From Chlorokybus atmophyticus (Eukaryota > Plantae > Mesostigma and Chlorokybus algae), in contig RHPI01003020.1 in NCBI GenBank assembly GCA_009103225.1, forward strand, positions 16,481 to 80,480: a DNA stretch of 64,000 nt, read 5' to 3'. This document shows, piece by piece, positions 13,616-25,723 of the stretch. Numbering within the stretch: the first letter of the stretch is position 1; each line of letters begins with the position of its first letter. The notes under the pieces are model-generated. The model saw only the letters and a list, made by a program, of their open reading frames with translations, was not told where the DNA came from and searched no databases. The position numbers and the translations under genes were made by a program.

Positions 13616-14044
13616 TAAATTGTTGAAAGTATTCCTACATACGATCAGCATCGACCCTCCACATTGGAGTGGAAGGTCGTAAGGACGAGCACTAGGTCCG
13701 GACTTAGCAAGATGGCGTCGTCGGACCAGACTCCGGACTCCAGACTGGAGCCTTACTAACTGCTTTGTATCTCCGCGTATATCTACTCATATTAAGCGTG
13801 TAAGAGCTTGTTGGAAAGCTCTAGTTGTAAGAACAACAACGCAGCCTAGAGCACGTAAAAAGGCTGAGTATAGCTTACGCAGTGCTTGCAAACGTAGACG
13901 TGTGTGTAACTGGCTGATAAAAGAACCAGCGGACAACTTGTAATAGATGAACGTGATGTGACTTGTATATGCTCTGGTGGCGGTAGCTCTGTCTGTGTGT
14001 GTCTATGCTTGACTCAATTACATGTGCATGCTAGTCCTTCAACA

Positions 14045-14057
14045 GGTTATGGGCCCA
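14045..14057 (+). promoter_or_regulatory. Primer-binding site complementary to the anticodon arm of tRNA-iMet (half-tRNA priming); the same PBS occurs at 20168-20180 (-), 26179-26191 (+) and 34691-34703 (-)
   Basis: GGTTATGGGCCCA directly after LTR ...CAACA is the reverse complement of TGGGCCCATAACC in tRNA-iMet. The same type of PBS is known from Drosophila copia. Confidence 0.9.
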
Positions 14058-14171
14058 CACTACGCTTGAGGAGTGTGAGACTAGCTTGTGTGCATGGTCG
14101 TTCTACACTACGGTAGCTTTATGGTAGCAGGCCTTGAGTGTCAACTGCAAGTGAAGGCAGGCACGACAGTG

Positions 14172-17100
14172 ATGGAGGCGACCTACGACAAGGGGCAGAT
14201 TGCAAAGCTGAACACCGACGACTACAACACATGGTGCGTGGCGATGAAAGCCTTGCTCATTCACAAGAAGGTGTGGAAGTACGTTGATCCGAAGACACCA
14301 CCACCAACACCAGGAGCAAACACTGTATGGTCAGAGCATTTAGCAGACGCACACTCTTTGCTTGTGTTGAACAGCAAACCGCATCACTTTCCCATGCTCA
14401 CTGCATGTGAAGATGGTAGACAAGCTTGGGAAAAGCTATCAGCCGTTTTTAGAGTCAAGAACAATGCCAGGAAGTTGCAGCTACGCAAGCAGTAGAGCGC
14501 ACTCAAGAAAGAGAAATCAAAACCTATTACGAAGTATGTTGCACGCGCAAGGGAGCTATGGGCGGACCTCATCAACGTCGGCCACAACATGGGGGAGACG
14601 GAGGTCGTGCTGGCCATTATTGCAGGACTATCAGCAGAGTACGAGGTCGTAGCAACCCAACTGAAGACGTCATCCTCAAAGTTGACGGAAGACGATGTGC
14701 TACCTAGGAGCTGCTCACCCTAGAGCCAAAAGTTATGAAGATGGACGAGCAAGCGGACGCCGTGGCCTTCTGCACCGGCAAGCACGCAAAGAAAAGCAGT
14801 CATGAAGACAAGTACAAGGGCAACAAGCCGGGCAACCCTCGTTACAAAGACCTCACATGCCGTTGGTGTGGTTGGAAAGGTCACATTGAGAGGGACTGTC
14901 GGAAGAAACAACAGGGGCAACCTAGAGCAAGCACCAGCAACAGCAGCAACGAGCATCATCACAAGCAGAAACATGTCGCCTTCATCGCATCCGACTCGAG
15001 GGAGAACACAGCTTTTTGGATGGTGGACTCTGGCTGCAATTGTCATCTCACACCCAACAAAGAGGAGATGGAGAGCTACAAGAAGCTGACGTCTACAGTG
15101 AAGGTAGCGGGCTTCAGTGGCGAAGTACTATTGGCTGAGGGAGTTGGCAAGGTACGACTCCAGTGCAAGGTTGATAACACAGTGCACGAGGTGTTGTTAC
15201 GCAACATCCTGCATGTTCCTAAGGCTATTGCGAGTCTATTCTCTGTAAGGGTTGCGGAGCGCTTAGGAGCGGAGATCCTATTTTGGAAGGGTGGCTGCTC
15301 AGTCATTCTAGATGGGGTCGTGCACATGGTTGGAATCGCCGGTCCGGGAGGGCTCTACCACGTGGAGCAACCTTAAGACATTGATCCAAGCCATGGTGGT
15401 GATGGACAAAGAGTCGCCAACATTGTTGCATCGAAGGTTCGGGCATCTCAGCTACGTCAACCTCACTCGCCTTGTCGCTGAGAAGATGGTCAAGGGCATC
15501 CATCTCCACACAGAAGAACTTGAGAATGCATCAGGTGCATTTTGTGAACCATGCCTGGTTGCCAAGCAGACTGCTATGCCATTCCCATCATCCTCTTCTA
15601 GCAGTCAGCATCCTTGCGAGCTTGTGCACATGTCTGTGGCCCTATGCGCATTATGGCGAAGGGAGGGGTCAAAGACTTTGCTACATTCCTCAACAACTAC
15701 AGCAAGCTATCCGTCATCTTTTCTGTTGACACTGAAGTCAGAAGTTGCTGGAGCTGTGCTCACAGTTGTGGCCTTGTTGGAGAACCAGTCTGGCAACAAG
15801 ATGAAGGCAATGAGGAGTGATCGAGGAGGGGAGTACATCAACAAGGAGCTGAAGGACTTCTTCGCCAGCAAGGGCATACGCCACGAGACAACGACACCCT
15901 ACACCCCGCAGCAGAATGGAGCAACTGAACGCCTCAACAGGACACTCCTCAAGCGTGTTCAAGCCATGCTTCACGACACAAAGGTGGAAGACAATCCGTG
16001 GAAGGAGGTGGTACTCACTGCCAACTACATCCGCAACAGGTCTCCGATGAGCTCAGAGCAAAAGACTCCGTGGGAGCACTTCTATGGAGCCACACCAGAT
16101 GTGAGTGGTATGCGTGTGTTTGGATGCACGGCATATGCACTAGTGCCTAAACAGCTCAGGCAGAAGTTGGCACCGGTCAGCAAGAAAAGCATTTTCGTTG
16201 GCTACGAGTCGGGTTCAAGGGCTTACAGGATCTTGCTTGAAGACACTTAGACGATCATTGTCAGCAGAGAGGTGGTTTTCCATGAGGGATTGTCACAACC
16301 AGAAGCGAGCTTCTTTCCAAGAGATGACGATGAAGTACAGCCACAGAAGCATCCTAAGACAGTTGAAGCTGAGGGCGAGGCAGTCATCAACAACAAGGGT
16401 GAGCGAGACTCAGTTGTAGCAAGCCAAGAGGAGCCGCATCTGCAGCAGGAGCACACAGCTCGGAGATATCCAGTGAGGGAAAGAAAGGCACCTGACTTCC
16501 TACACAAGGCACACGTCGCCAGTGTGCAGGATAATGAAGAACCAAGCACCTATGCGGAGGCATTGTCAGCACAAGATCCGGAGCAATGGCAGCGTGCTAT
16601 GGACGAGGAGATTGCGTCACTCCATGCCAACAACACTTGGTCACTTGAGCAGTTACCGCAAGGTGGGAAGATCATTCCAGTGAAATGGGTCTTTAAGGTG
16701 AAGCATGATGGTTAGGGCAACATTGAGCGCTACAAGGCAACACTGGTGGCAAAGGGCTTCTTGCAGCAGAAAGGTGTGGACAATGAAGTGTTTGCATTTG
16801 CAAGTAAGCAGACCACCTTTCGTGCTAGCTGTGGTTGCTGCTGAAGACCTAGAGCTGCATCTTCTGGATGAGAATACTGCCTTCCTCTACGGAGAGCTGG
16901 AGGAGGAGATCTTCATCGAGCAACCACCTGAATATGAAAAAGGGGAGAGAGGCACAGCGTGCAAGCTGATCAAGGCACTGTTCGGTCTGCGCCAGGCACC
17001 GCGTATGTCGCACATCAAGCTCACCAAGGAGCTGGAGGCACTTGGCTTCACCGCATCCTCTGCAGACCCTGGGCTCTTCTTCCATGTAGACAACAAGGTC

Positions 17101-18063
17101 TGGCTGCTTGTGTATGTGGATGATATTCTCATCACCACCATGCAGGTGCACCACCTGCAGGAGACAAAACTTACTTTACAGCAAGCATTCTCGGTTCGTG
17201 ATCTTGGAGAGGCCAAGTGGTTCCTTGGCATGGTGATTGAGCGCGACAGGGCTGCTCGCACATTCAAGATCAGTCAGGAGCAGATGGTGAGCAGACTCGT
17301 CACCAAATTCGGGCTTACTGAAGCGAAGACCAAGACCACACCGTTAGCACTTGGCACTGCCCTCATCAAGGCAAAGGATGAGGAGGTACTCAACAAGGCG
17401 CAGTATCCATATGGTGAGCTGGTAGGCAGCATGCTCTATCTGGCGGTGTGCACACGTCCCGATGTCGCACATGCTGTCGGAGTACTTGCTCGCTACATGT
17501 CTGCACCGAGCATGGAGCACTGGAGAGCAGCAAAAGGAGTACTACGCTATATTGTTTGGAGCGCAACAGTTGGCACCAAGTTTGGGAGCGGGAGCACTGA
17601 ATTGAAGGGCTACTGCGACTCGGACTTTGCTGGTGACCTCAACAGCAGGAGGTCCACTACAGGCTACGTCTTCAAGCTGAACGGAGGCGTGGTGAGTTGG
17701 AACAGCAGGCTGCAGCCAACAACAGCAGCAGCTACATCACAGGGTAAGTACATGACAGCGGCAGCAGCAGTGAAGGAGGCACTTTGGCTTTGAAAGCTCA
17801 TGGCAGACCTGAAGCACCCCATGGCATGCATCGTCATCAACTGTGACAACTCAGGAGCCATCAAGTTGTTGGAGCATCCCATTGCCTCGGCAAGGACGAA
17901 GCACATTAATGTTATGCATCACTTTGTGCGAGACAGGGTTACACGGAGAGAGGTGGAGTTCCAGTACTGTAACATTGAAGACATGCTGGCGGACCTTATG
18001 ACAAATCCATTATCATTGCTCAAGTTCAAGACTTGTTGCGCAGGACTTGGCATCTATGTTTGA
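14172..18063 (+). pseudogene. Copia B gag-pol (stops and frameshifts)
   Basis: DYNTWCVAMKA; zinc knuckle CRWCGWKGHIERDC; protease WMVDSG; HRRFGHL; RSDRGGEY; YTPQQNG; RT LLVYVDD; RNase H GYCDSDFAGD. Confidence 0.93.
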
Positions 18064-18752
18064 CAATAAAAGCAAGCGTTGGAGGTCAAGCTGCTCGCGT
18101 GGGAGTGTTGAGAGTATTCCTACATACGATCAGCATCGACCCTCCACATTAGAGTTGAAGGTCGTAAGGACGAGCACTAGGTCCGGACTTGAGCAAGATG
18201 GCGTTGTCGGACCAGACTCCGGACTCCAGACTGGAGCCTTACTAACTGCTTTGTATCTCCGCGTATATCTACTCATATTAAGCGTGTAAGAGCTTGTTGG
18301 ATAGCTCTGGTTGTAAGGACAACAACGCAGCTTAGAGCGCGTTAAAAGGCTGAGTATAGCTTACGCAGTGCTTGCAAACGTAGACGTGTGTGTAACTGGC
18401 GGGTGTAAGAACCAGCGGACAACTTGTAATAGATGAATGTGATGTGACTTATGTATGCTCTGGTGGCGGTAGCTCTGTCTCTGTGTGTCTATGCTTGCCT
18501 CAACTACATGTGCATGCTAGTCCTTCAACACAAATTCCACCCTGATGGGGGAGGAAAAGGGAGTGATAGTCTTGGTCTTATTATTGGTGAGATGACGAGT
18601 GCAGCCTGAGTCTAGGACCCATGATGAGGAAGATTGGACAGTCCCTATATAGCTCAGAGCCTTGGGTTGTCTTCCAACAACTAGTGGTGCGAAAACATCT
18701 GATTGCTCCCCTTTGCTCCGTCCACCATATTCTTCAACTTGTTGACAGGCCG

Positions 18753-19226
18753 TGTCACAGCCCACTCAACCACAAAAGACTTGGTGCTTTTATGGTCGAT
18801 TAGTGGTAACTTAATGTACCTTCCCGTTACATTCCCCCCCACTTAAGAACGCTAACAACCTCGGCAGCTGACTCCCATCAACTGAGAAATCATCCCAGGG
18901 GTCTGATTAGGGTCGGTCACCGGCCCCACCGCACAAGGACCGGCCAATTTAGGCCCATAACGATTAGCGCGCGCATAGCGCACCAATGCCGGCCCCACAA
19001 GTCGCATCGCAACAGGCAAGTCGCGTCCCATCGATGATGGCAGTTATAACCATGTACGATGTTACTGGATCGATAAACAACGACCGCGGAATTTGTGTGC
19101 AAGGCAGGAATCGAAACCGGGTCTCAAGCTCCGATGACCAATATCACAGCCCACTCGACCACAATAGACTTGGTACTTTATGGTTTATGGTCGATGTGTG
19201 GTAATCTATTGTACCTTCCCGTTACA
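18753..19226 (-). mobile_element. TRIM (terminal-repeat retrotransposon in miniature), 474 bp, nested in gag of copia A
   Basis: Direct terminal repeats 18753-18831 and 19142-19226 (minus strand TGTAACGGGAAGG...GTGACA/GTGATA). PPT TTAAGTGGGGGGGAA next to the 3' repeat. tRNA-iMet 3'-end PBS at ~19105-19140. TSD GGCCG/GCCCG. No coding capacity. Confidence 0.88.
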
Positions 19227-20180
19227 GCCCGCTTGTTAACAGCCCATGTTGACAGTCCTTGCAAATGCGACAGTCTTCTTGCTTTGCTGCCCACCTCCCT
19301 TCCTCTTCGCTTCATCACGCTGCCGTTTGCTACACCCCTTCTTTCAATGGCCCTCCTTCTTATAGTAGGGGCACGTTCCCTTCTTTCTTTGAGGACAAGT
19401 AATGCCTCTCTGCTGGTGATAGCCTTTCAAGAATGTTTCCACAAAAGCTACTGCATCTCCACCACAGTCCGCCTCGTTGGCCTTCCGCTGCTCTACTTGC
19501 AGCAGGTAGGGCGTCACAGCATCAAGAAGCTCAGCTGCTGATGACTCCAGCACTGTTACCACCATCTCATACTCTTCTAGCAGGCTCGCCATGATAGCCC
19601 GTACCATTTCCATTCCTTTTACATCATGCCCGACTCCTGCAAGGTCTCGTTGCAGATCTCGTGGTCGGGCAATGTATTTGACGAGCGGCTCTCCGGGCTC
19701 CTTCTTGAATGCACTGAGGTCCGTGCGTAGTTGTATCGTCCTTACATTGGTTCTGGCATTGAAGAAGTCCTGCAACTGCTTTCAACACCCCCGCAACTTC
19801 TTCCAACATTTTCGACTAGTCTTGCACTCATTAATCAAGCCAAGGTGATGCTCCTTCACATGCAGGCCAATGCGTGCAAGAGCCTTCAAGCTAGTCTTGG
19901 CACAAGCTGACTCTTCACCTGCCCGTGCCTCCGCTCCATCAAGATCCACATACTCTCAGAGCTTGCTTGGTAATCAGCACCATTTTCATGCGTACACTCC
20001 ATGTGTTGTGGTTGTTTAAGTCCATCTCGCTCCACCATCATCTTGTCGTCACTGGTAGCCATGTTGCCTTTTTTTGCTCCTCGTGCAGACGTCTGTCCCT
20101 CAGTTCCGACGCTGACCTAGCTAGAGATGTTGTAGTGGTCTTTCGCTAAACCTTAACCCAGCTAGAGTGGGCCCATAACC

Positions 20181-20635
20181 TGTTGATTATCAGAGCTAAG
20201 CAGTGTTGAATGTGCTACGTTAAGCCTATCTCACACACGAGCATGCACAGCAGCAGCTTGCACACTTGAAATAGGCAATATGGATCATGAAATCTGCCTC
20301 AGCACACACAATATATGTAGTCCTAGCCACTTTCTTACACGATGAACATAAGATTTTCGTGTTGCTTATGCTAGCTATTCCATCATGTGCTAACATACAA
20401 ATGGACTCTCCTGTCTGGAGCCCTCTAGCGCCGCTAGAGGTCTACTTCACTATTATCAATGCCACAACTTCAGTCTTGCAGATATCTTTCATTGACAGTC
20501 GGAGACTGTCAATGTAGGGGCTGTCAATGTAGGCGACTATCAATCAAAGGGCTATCGATGTAGGCGACTGTTAATGCTAAGAAGCTGTTCAAGCTGACCG
20601 TAGCTTGTGAAGATAGTAGGGGCTGTCCTCCAACC
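20181..20635 (-). repeat. 5' LTR of copia A
   Basis: Similar to 10095-10507; followed on the minus strand by the PBS. Confidence 0.85.
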
Positions 20636-22085
20636 CTCCTCTGTAACTTTTTACTGTCTTCACCGACTTGCTAGACACATTCTTTAACCATAGTACCACC
20701 TCTCTCACTACAGTTGGGACATCTGACTTGAGCTTCACATGACGCACTAATAACAGCTTGGAGAAGTCATTAAGGAATATGATAATGTACAACGCTCCCC
20801 CCTTAAATGGCTCTGGTAACGGACCACACACATCTGTGTGCACCAAGTGTTCAACATGCTCGCTGGCGCTCTCAAAATTCTGGAAAGGTTGCCTATGCAT
20901 CTTGGACAGCACGCATGGCTCGCACAACACACCTCTGGATTGCTTGATCTGCGCATTACTCACCTTAATGCCTTTGACAAGATTTGTAGCCATCAGACAG
21001 TGAAGGTTGTCATACCGAAGGCGTCCAAACCTTCGATGTCCAAGTTCAGCTGACTCAGGGACTGTCGCCACAAGTGCCTTATCAATTTTAGCTTCTTTTC
21101 TTAACGAGCCCGTCTTGCTGCTCGCTCGTGATGAGGCAGACCTTGCCATCAACTCGGACAGACCTCTGCTCCTTGTTCTGACAGATCAGTTTTAGCCTTT
21201 AAAGCAACCTTCATGGAGAAGAGGCTAGTCTGTGCACGTCGGACATGAAGAACCTCCTATAGCTCCAGTGTGTACACACCTTCTCCCACCTTGCATTGAA
21301 GCACTGCCTGGCCTGTACCTGCTACCTCTAGGCTCCCACCCAACACCTCCGCAGTGCGCGGCCTTGTCTGAACCTAGTAGTTTTGTAGCAGCTCAGCATC
21401 CAGAGTAAGATGCTGTGTACAACCAAATTGAACACCCATACAGATTTGTCTTCCTCTGGATACTGCAAAAGCAAATGCTCCACCCACTCCTCTCTGTCCA
21501 CCCTGTGAATGGCCAATTTTTGACAGCTACTAACAATTACCCTTCCTGTGCCCAACTTGGTCGTAATGGAAGCATTTCCCTTGAAAGGCTTCTTTTGCTT
21601 CTTCTGATTTCCACCCCTGTTGCCATGGCTGTTGTTGCTTGTAATAGCTTTTCCGGATAACTGCGCTCGAGCACTGGACTCTCCATCAGCCTTATTGCCC
21701 TTAATCCGTGATTCTGCCTTCAACAGGATTGGTAGTATCTCCTTAAAATTTCTAGTTGTTGTTGATGCCCTCCAACACGATCACAACAATCTTAAACTCG
21801 CGTGGCAACCTAGACAACACATTCAAGTACATATCATCCTGAGACTGAATCTTCAATAAAGGTCAAATCATTTCTGCGCTTCTGTGCACGTCCCAAATAC
21901 TTTGTAACTGTCTTACTAGCAAGCTTCCTTATGTTGTAAAACGCTTGCTTAAGCTCAATTTTACGATCAATACAGCTTGTAGAGAACATGTTTTTCAAAG
22001 CTTCCCATGCATGCTTGGCATCAGATTGCATCTGTAGCAGTGGCCTATGACATGCTCAACGTGCATACTCTCACAGTGTTACCCT
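20636..22085 (-). mobile_element. Ty1/copia fragment C (gag C-terminal part, protease, pre-integrase, integrase N-terminus), same family as D, truncated at both ends
   Basis: MQSDAKHAWEALKNMFS; AELGHRRFGRLRY; CEPCVLSKMHRQPF; LVHTDVCGP. Collinear with D at 32330-34340. No own LTR seen. Confidence 0.85.
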
Positions 22086-22479
22086 CATTGCTCGAGTGAG
22101 TGCGTTGCATTCTGCACCAGATAATGCAGTCTATATCTCGGAACACATCCCTGTGCATTCGTTATTACTGTCATTACATAGTGCGCACACAAGCACTAGT
22201 GTGGTGAGAGGTAGCGGCATCAAGACAGGCAGTAGAGCACAAACACTCTACCTTGCATACACTTTCACCTTTGGACTAGCTGTATGTGCAAGCCCACCCC
22301 GTTCTCTCCAATAGTCGAGGGTGACCTCAGCAGCTAGAGCCCAACCTCCAACCTCACCTACGAGCGGACCCGCAACGGGAGCAACGATCGTAGCAGCAGA
22401 GGCTCACGTTCTGTCTCCGACTTTACTTCCTTCCTGTACACTCCACGGGATTGAGCTTCCCAACTCTTGTCTAATAGTA

Positions 22480-23905
22480 ATGACTACGAGAGGCAGTCTT
22501 CCAGCTCAACCACGTCCCTGCGCTTCTCCGGACGTGCTGGCACTCCCTCCGAGGCGAGTCGCTGGACGCATTCATCATCAAAGTTCCACTCTAAGATGCA
22601 ACAGCAGGCGCTGAAAAACAAAAACTGGTCAGATGAGATCGCTTTTCACATTAATGCTTAGTATCTAGACCATGAAGCACGAACGTCTGGAAGTCTGCTG
22701 CTGAACTGCATCGGGTTGATGGCTATGGCGAGCTTGCCAGCATCAGAGCATCTGCGTCACTGCACTGTCCAGCAGCCGTCTTTGCACCTGCCACTACCGC
22801 TGCAGTCACCGGTTTGTCCATAGCGGCAGCCACCGATGGAGCAGAGGAGGAGGAACCTGAGTTGGTGATCGTCACCCTGACCCCTGCAGAGATTGAGATC
22901 AGAACGGCCGCGACGGGCCCGAATCCTAGACCGTTTTGCTGCCATCCTTGAAGAACAACGAACTGCAGGCGTTGAGGTGGGCACACCCCTAATTGTAGCA
23001 ACGCCTGGCTCTCATGCGGGAGGCAATGCTTTCACCCTCGGGTCAGTTGCACTGCGCGCACCAGCCATCATTGTAGGTGCTACCATCTCTAACTCTCCAC
23101 TCAAGGATCTATACGCTGCACTTCGTCGCACCTGCCCACTGCAGACCACTAGCAAAGTGGAGGAGTTGAGGCGGTTCCAACGCAAGCCCAATGAGGACCC
23201 TCTACGCCTGTACTCAAGACTAGAAGGTCTGTTGAAGGACATTGACTACAAGATCGTCAGCAATGAATGGCTGCTGCGGTGGTATATGTCAATAAGTTGG
23301 ATGCCACCATGAGCGAGTCAACGCGCCTGACCCTGAACTACAGCAGGCCCCTTGGCTACACGCTTAAGAAAGCTTTTGAGACTGCACAAGCCATCCATAA
23401 GTGCTTGGTGTATGGGAAGGCAGTGTTGGACACCAACCGCAGCGCCTCACGGCCTGTAGCTAGCACAACTGTCGAGCCTCCTCGCCGCAAACGTGACCGG
23501 GACGCTCCACCAGCACGCGACGAAGGGAAACGGTCAGCGCATACTGCTTTGCCTACCCCTGCGCTATGTCATCGCTGTGGACGGCATGAGCACTACAAAA
23601 AGGAGTGCACCAAAGAGTACTCAACTCTGATCTGCGACTACTGTCACAAGACAGGCCACTTGGAATCAGTCTGCTGGCTTAAGTTCCCTGAGTTGAGACC
23701 CGTTAATAGCTACAACAGCAACAACTCTGGCGGCCACAACGGCAACAACTCTGGTGGCTACAACAGCAACAACACTGGCGGCCACAACGGCAGCAAATCT
23801 GGTGGCTACAACAGCAATTACACCGGAGGCCATAACAACACCAACAACTACGCCAATGCTCGCAAGGAAGAGCAAGGCTACATGGGGAAGAATCGCCCTC
23901 CTTAG
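22480..23905 (+). pseudogene. gag: Gypsy E gag with two CCHC zinc knuckles and an Asn/Gly-rich repeat tail
   Basis: KVEELRRFQRKPNEDPLRLYSRLE; CHRCGRHEHYKKEC and CDYCHKTGHLESVC; (Y/H)N(S/G)xx(S/T)GG repeats at 23711-23850; frameshifted. Confidence 0.75.
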
Positions 23906-25723
23906 TGCAAGGGATTGGAAGGACATCCGCGCGCTGCTGCTGTTGCCGCCAAGGCTCCAGCCAACCCGCCAGCGGATGACCATATGGCTGCCCTCATGGC
24001 GCATATGACATGCTTGGAGGAAGACAAGAAGCAGGACTACCGCGCCTGTTACTCTGCCTGATGGGCACTGATGGCTCCAAAGCACACGAGAGACACCAAC
24101 ACTCCGTCGCATATTTGACCATCTCGACGAGTTCGAGTAAAAACCGCAACATTGTCAGCAGCTACCTCTTTTGAAGCCACCAGTGGTGCTGCACCAGCAG
24201 CAACAGTTGCACCGGCTACGACGACTCCATCAACATCAGCAGCAACTGCTTCAATTTTACCAGTTGATGGGTTTTTAAAAAAAAGAAAAAAAAAATCACC
24301 GGCTGGTACACCAGTGAGCATCGTAACGCCGACACTGGTTAGCACGCAGGCAACAGCCACTGCTGTCATCAACCCTACAGCAGTAGGTCGCACCGGTCCC
24401 GATCCAACTGTAGGACCACCTGTGTCAGCATGCGTTGAGACCACTCGCGCGCCATTGAGCGGCCCTCTCGACACCACCGGCAATGCCATCGTCGAGCCTG
24501 CTGCCACTGCAGCGACATGCGCAGCTATTTTGCCCGCCCTCGACGTCACTCAAGCTGTCCCTCGAGGTCAGCAAGGTAAGCGTGCTTGGGAGACCATCAT
24601 GCGTGGAGCAGATCCCACTACCATTGCTTCTGGGCGCAGAGGGGGAGCGCACAACACGCGTTAAACGCAGTAATCGAGTCTTCCCACTGCCTGATTGTCA
24701 CATGCTGCCAGAACAAACTCAACGGCAAATGGAGGATGAAATTCTCGACGGCACGGCGCCTCTTATGCGAGATCTTGTCTTTGTAGTCAAAACACCTGTT
24801 GTACTGGAGTTGGCACTACAGCTGTTCTGGACTCTGCACAACGACATGCAGACGGCGCCACGCCAACCTGCAGCAGTCCGTCATGAACCCTTTAAGCGCA
24901 GCCCACTGGACACGTATTGAGACCGGCAACCCAGCGTATAGCAGCACATTGTTGATGCAGCCGACATGCCTCTGGGTGACAACAAAGCACTGAGGCCCCT
25001 CAATACCGTTCGACTTCATGAGCGCTACACCGCGCTAAAACAGGTGTTTACCTGGCGACAGGATCAAGCGGCAGCGATTGACGCAAGAGCGCACGCCCTT
25101 GCCAATGCTCGCGCTGACATTCTTTAACCCACAGTCGCTGGCCCATCATCCAGTACGACACCTCTCGTCGGTGGGCCCTTCATTAACCACATGAGGGCGC
25201 TGGCCCAACAAACCAGGGGGGTGATCGCCCCGCTGCTACCCGCCTTGTTGGAAGACTTGCCTAACGATTAACGGGATCCAGGGAGAGGCTACCTCACACC
25301 GCAAAGGTGGACACAACGAGATGGAGCAGGTTCAATCGGGGAACAGCAACTTCGCACTGCCCTATTGCGACAAGCAACCATGCTGCACCGACAAGAAGAC
25401 ATTGGCCTGAGACGGGTGTTGGGGATGCGAGAAGGTGGTCATGCAGCTCGAGCAAGACTAGTGACTTGGCTAGTCACCAATCACCCCGCAGTCCCCCTGT
25501 TCGCCTTCGGCACCGGATTGTTCTGGTTGGACGCCTTCCTGCGCTCGCTACGGCAAGCCTATGACGAGGTTGCCTTGGCAGCCACTAACACCTTAAAAGG
25601 AGTCCAAGAGGCCATACTGGAGTTGTTAGGGGTGGAAGCAGCATGGCAACGCAGACGCATCGCAGCTGCTTGAGAGCAGCATGTCCAACAGCCAGAGATT
25701 TACCTCACTGTGCGGGCGCGAGC

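Larger units (their letters stand above)
13621..18530 (+). mobile_element. Ty1/copia element B, full length, nested in the protease of A
   Basis: LTRs 13621-14044 and 18106-18530 (roughly 94% alike by eye). PBS GGTTATGGGCCCA at 14045-14057. PPT-like GTGGGAG before 18106. TSD TAAAT/CAAAT (one mismatch). Confidence 0.95.
10095..20635 (-). mobile_element. Ty1/copia element A (old, decayed), hosting copia B and a TRIM
   Basis: LTRs at 10095-10507 and 20181-~20635, clearly related but diverged (roughly 80% by eye). PBS at 20168-20180. On the minus strand, gag, protease WVLDSG, integrase, RT and RNase H (HGYCDADYA, KHINVMHHFVRE) are in copia order. About 5.1 kb after removing nested inserts. TSD not confirmed (left TACTC; right junction eroded). 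Confidence 0.85.

Noticed and set aside
19095-19140. tRNA gene (T-loop-like TCGAAACC / TTCGATTCC)
   Set aside because: Only the 3' ~30 nt are tRNA-like, no cloverleaf forms, and the position is that of a PBS.
22090-22313. 5' LTR of Gypsy E (ends CTCCAATA), paired with sequence from 37145 (TATTGAC)
   Set aside because: The termini are suggestive, but I could not align the two regions or find a PBS or TSD.
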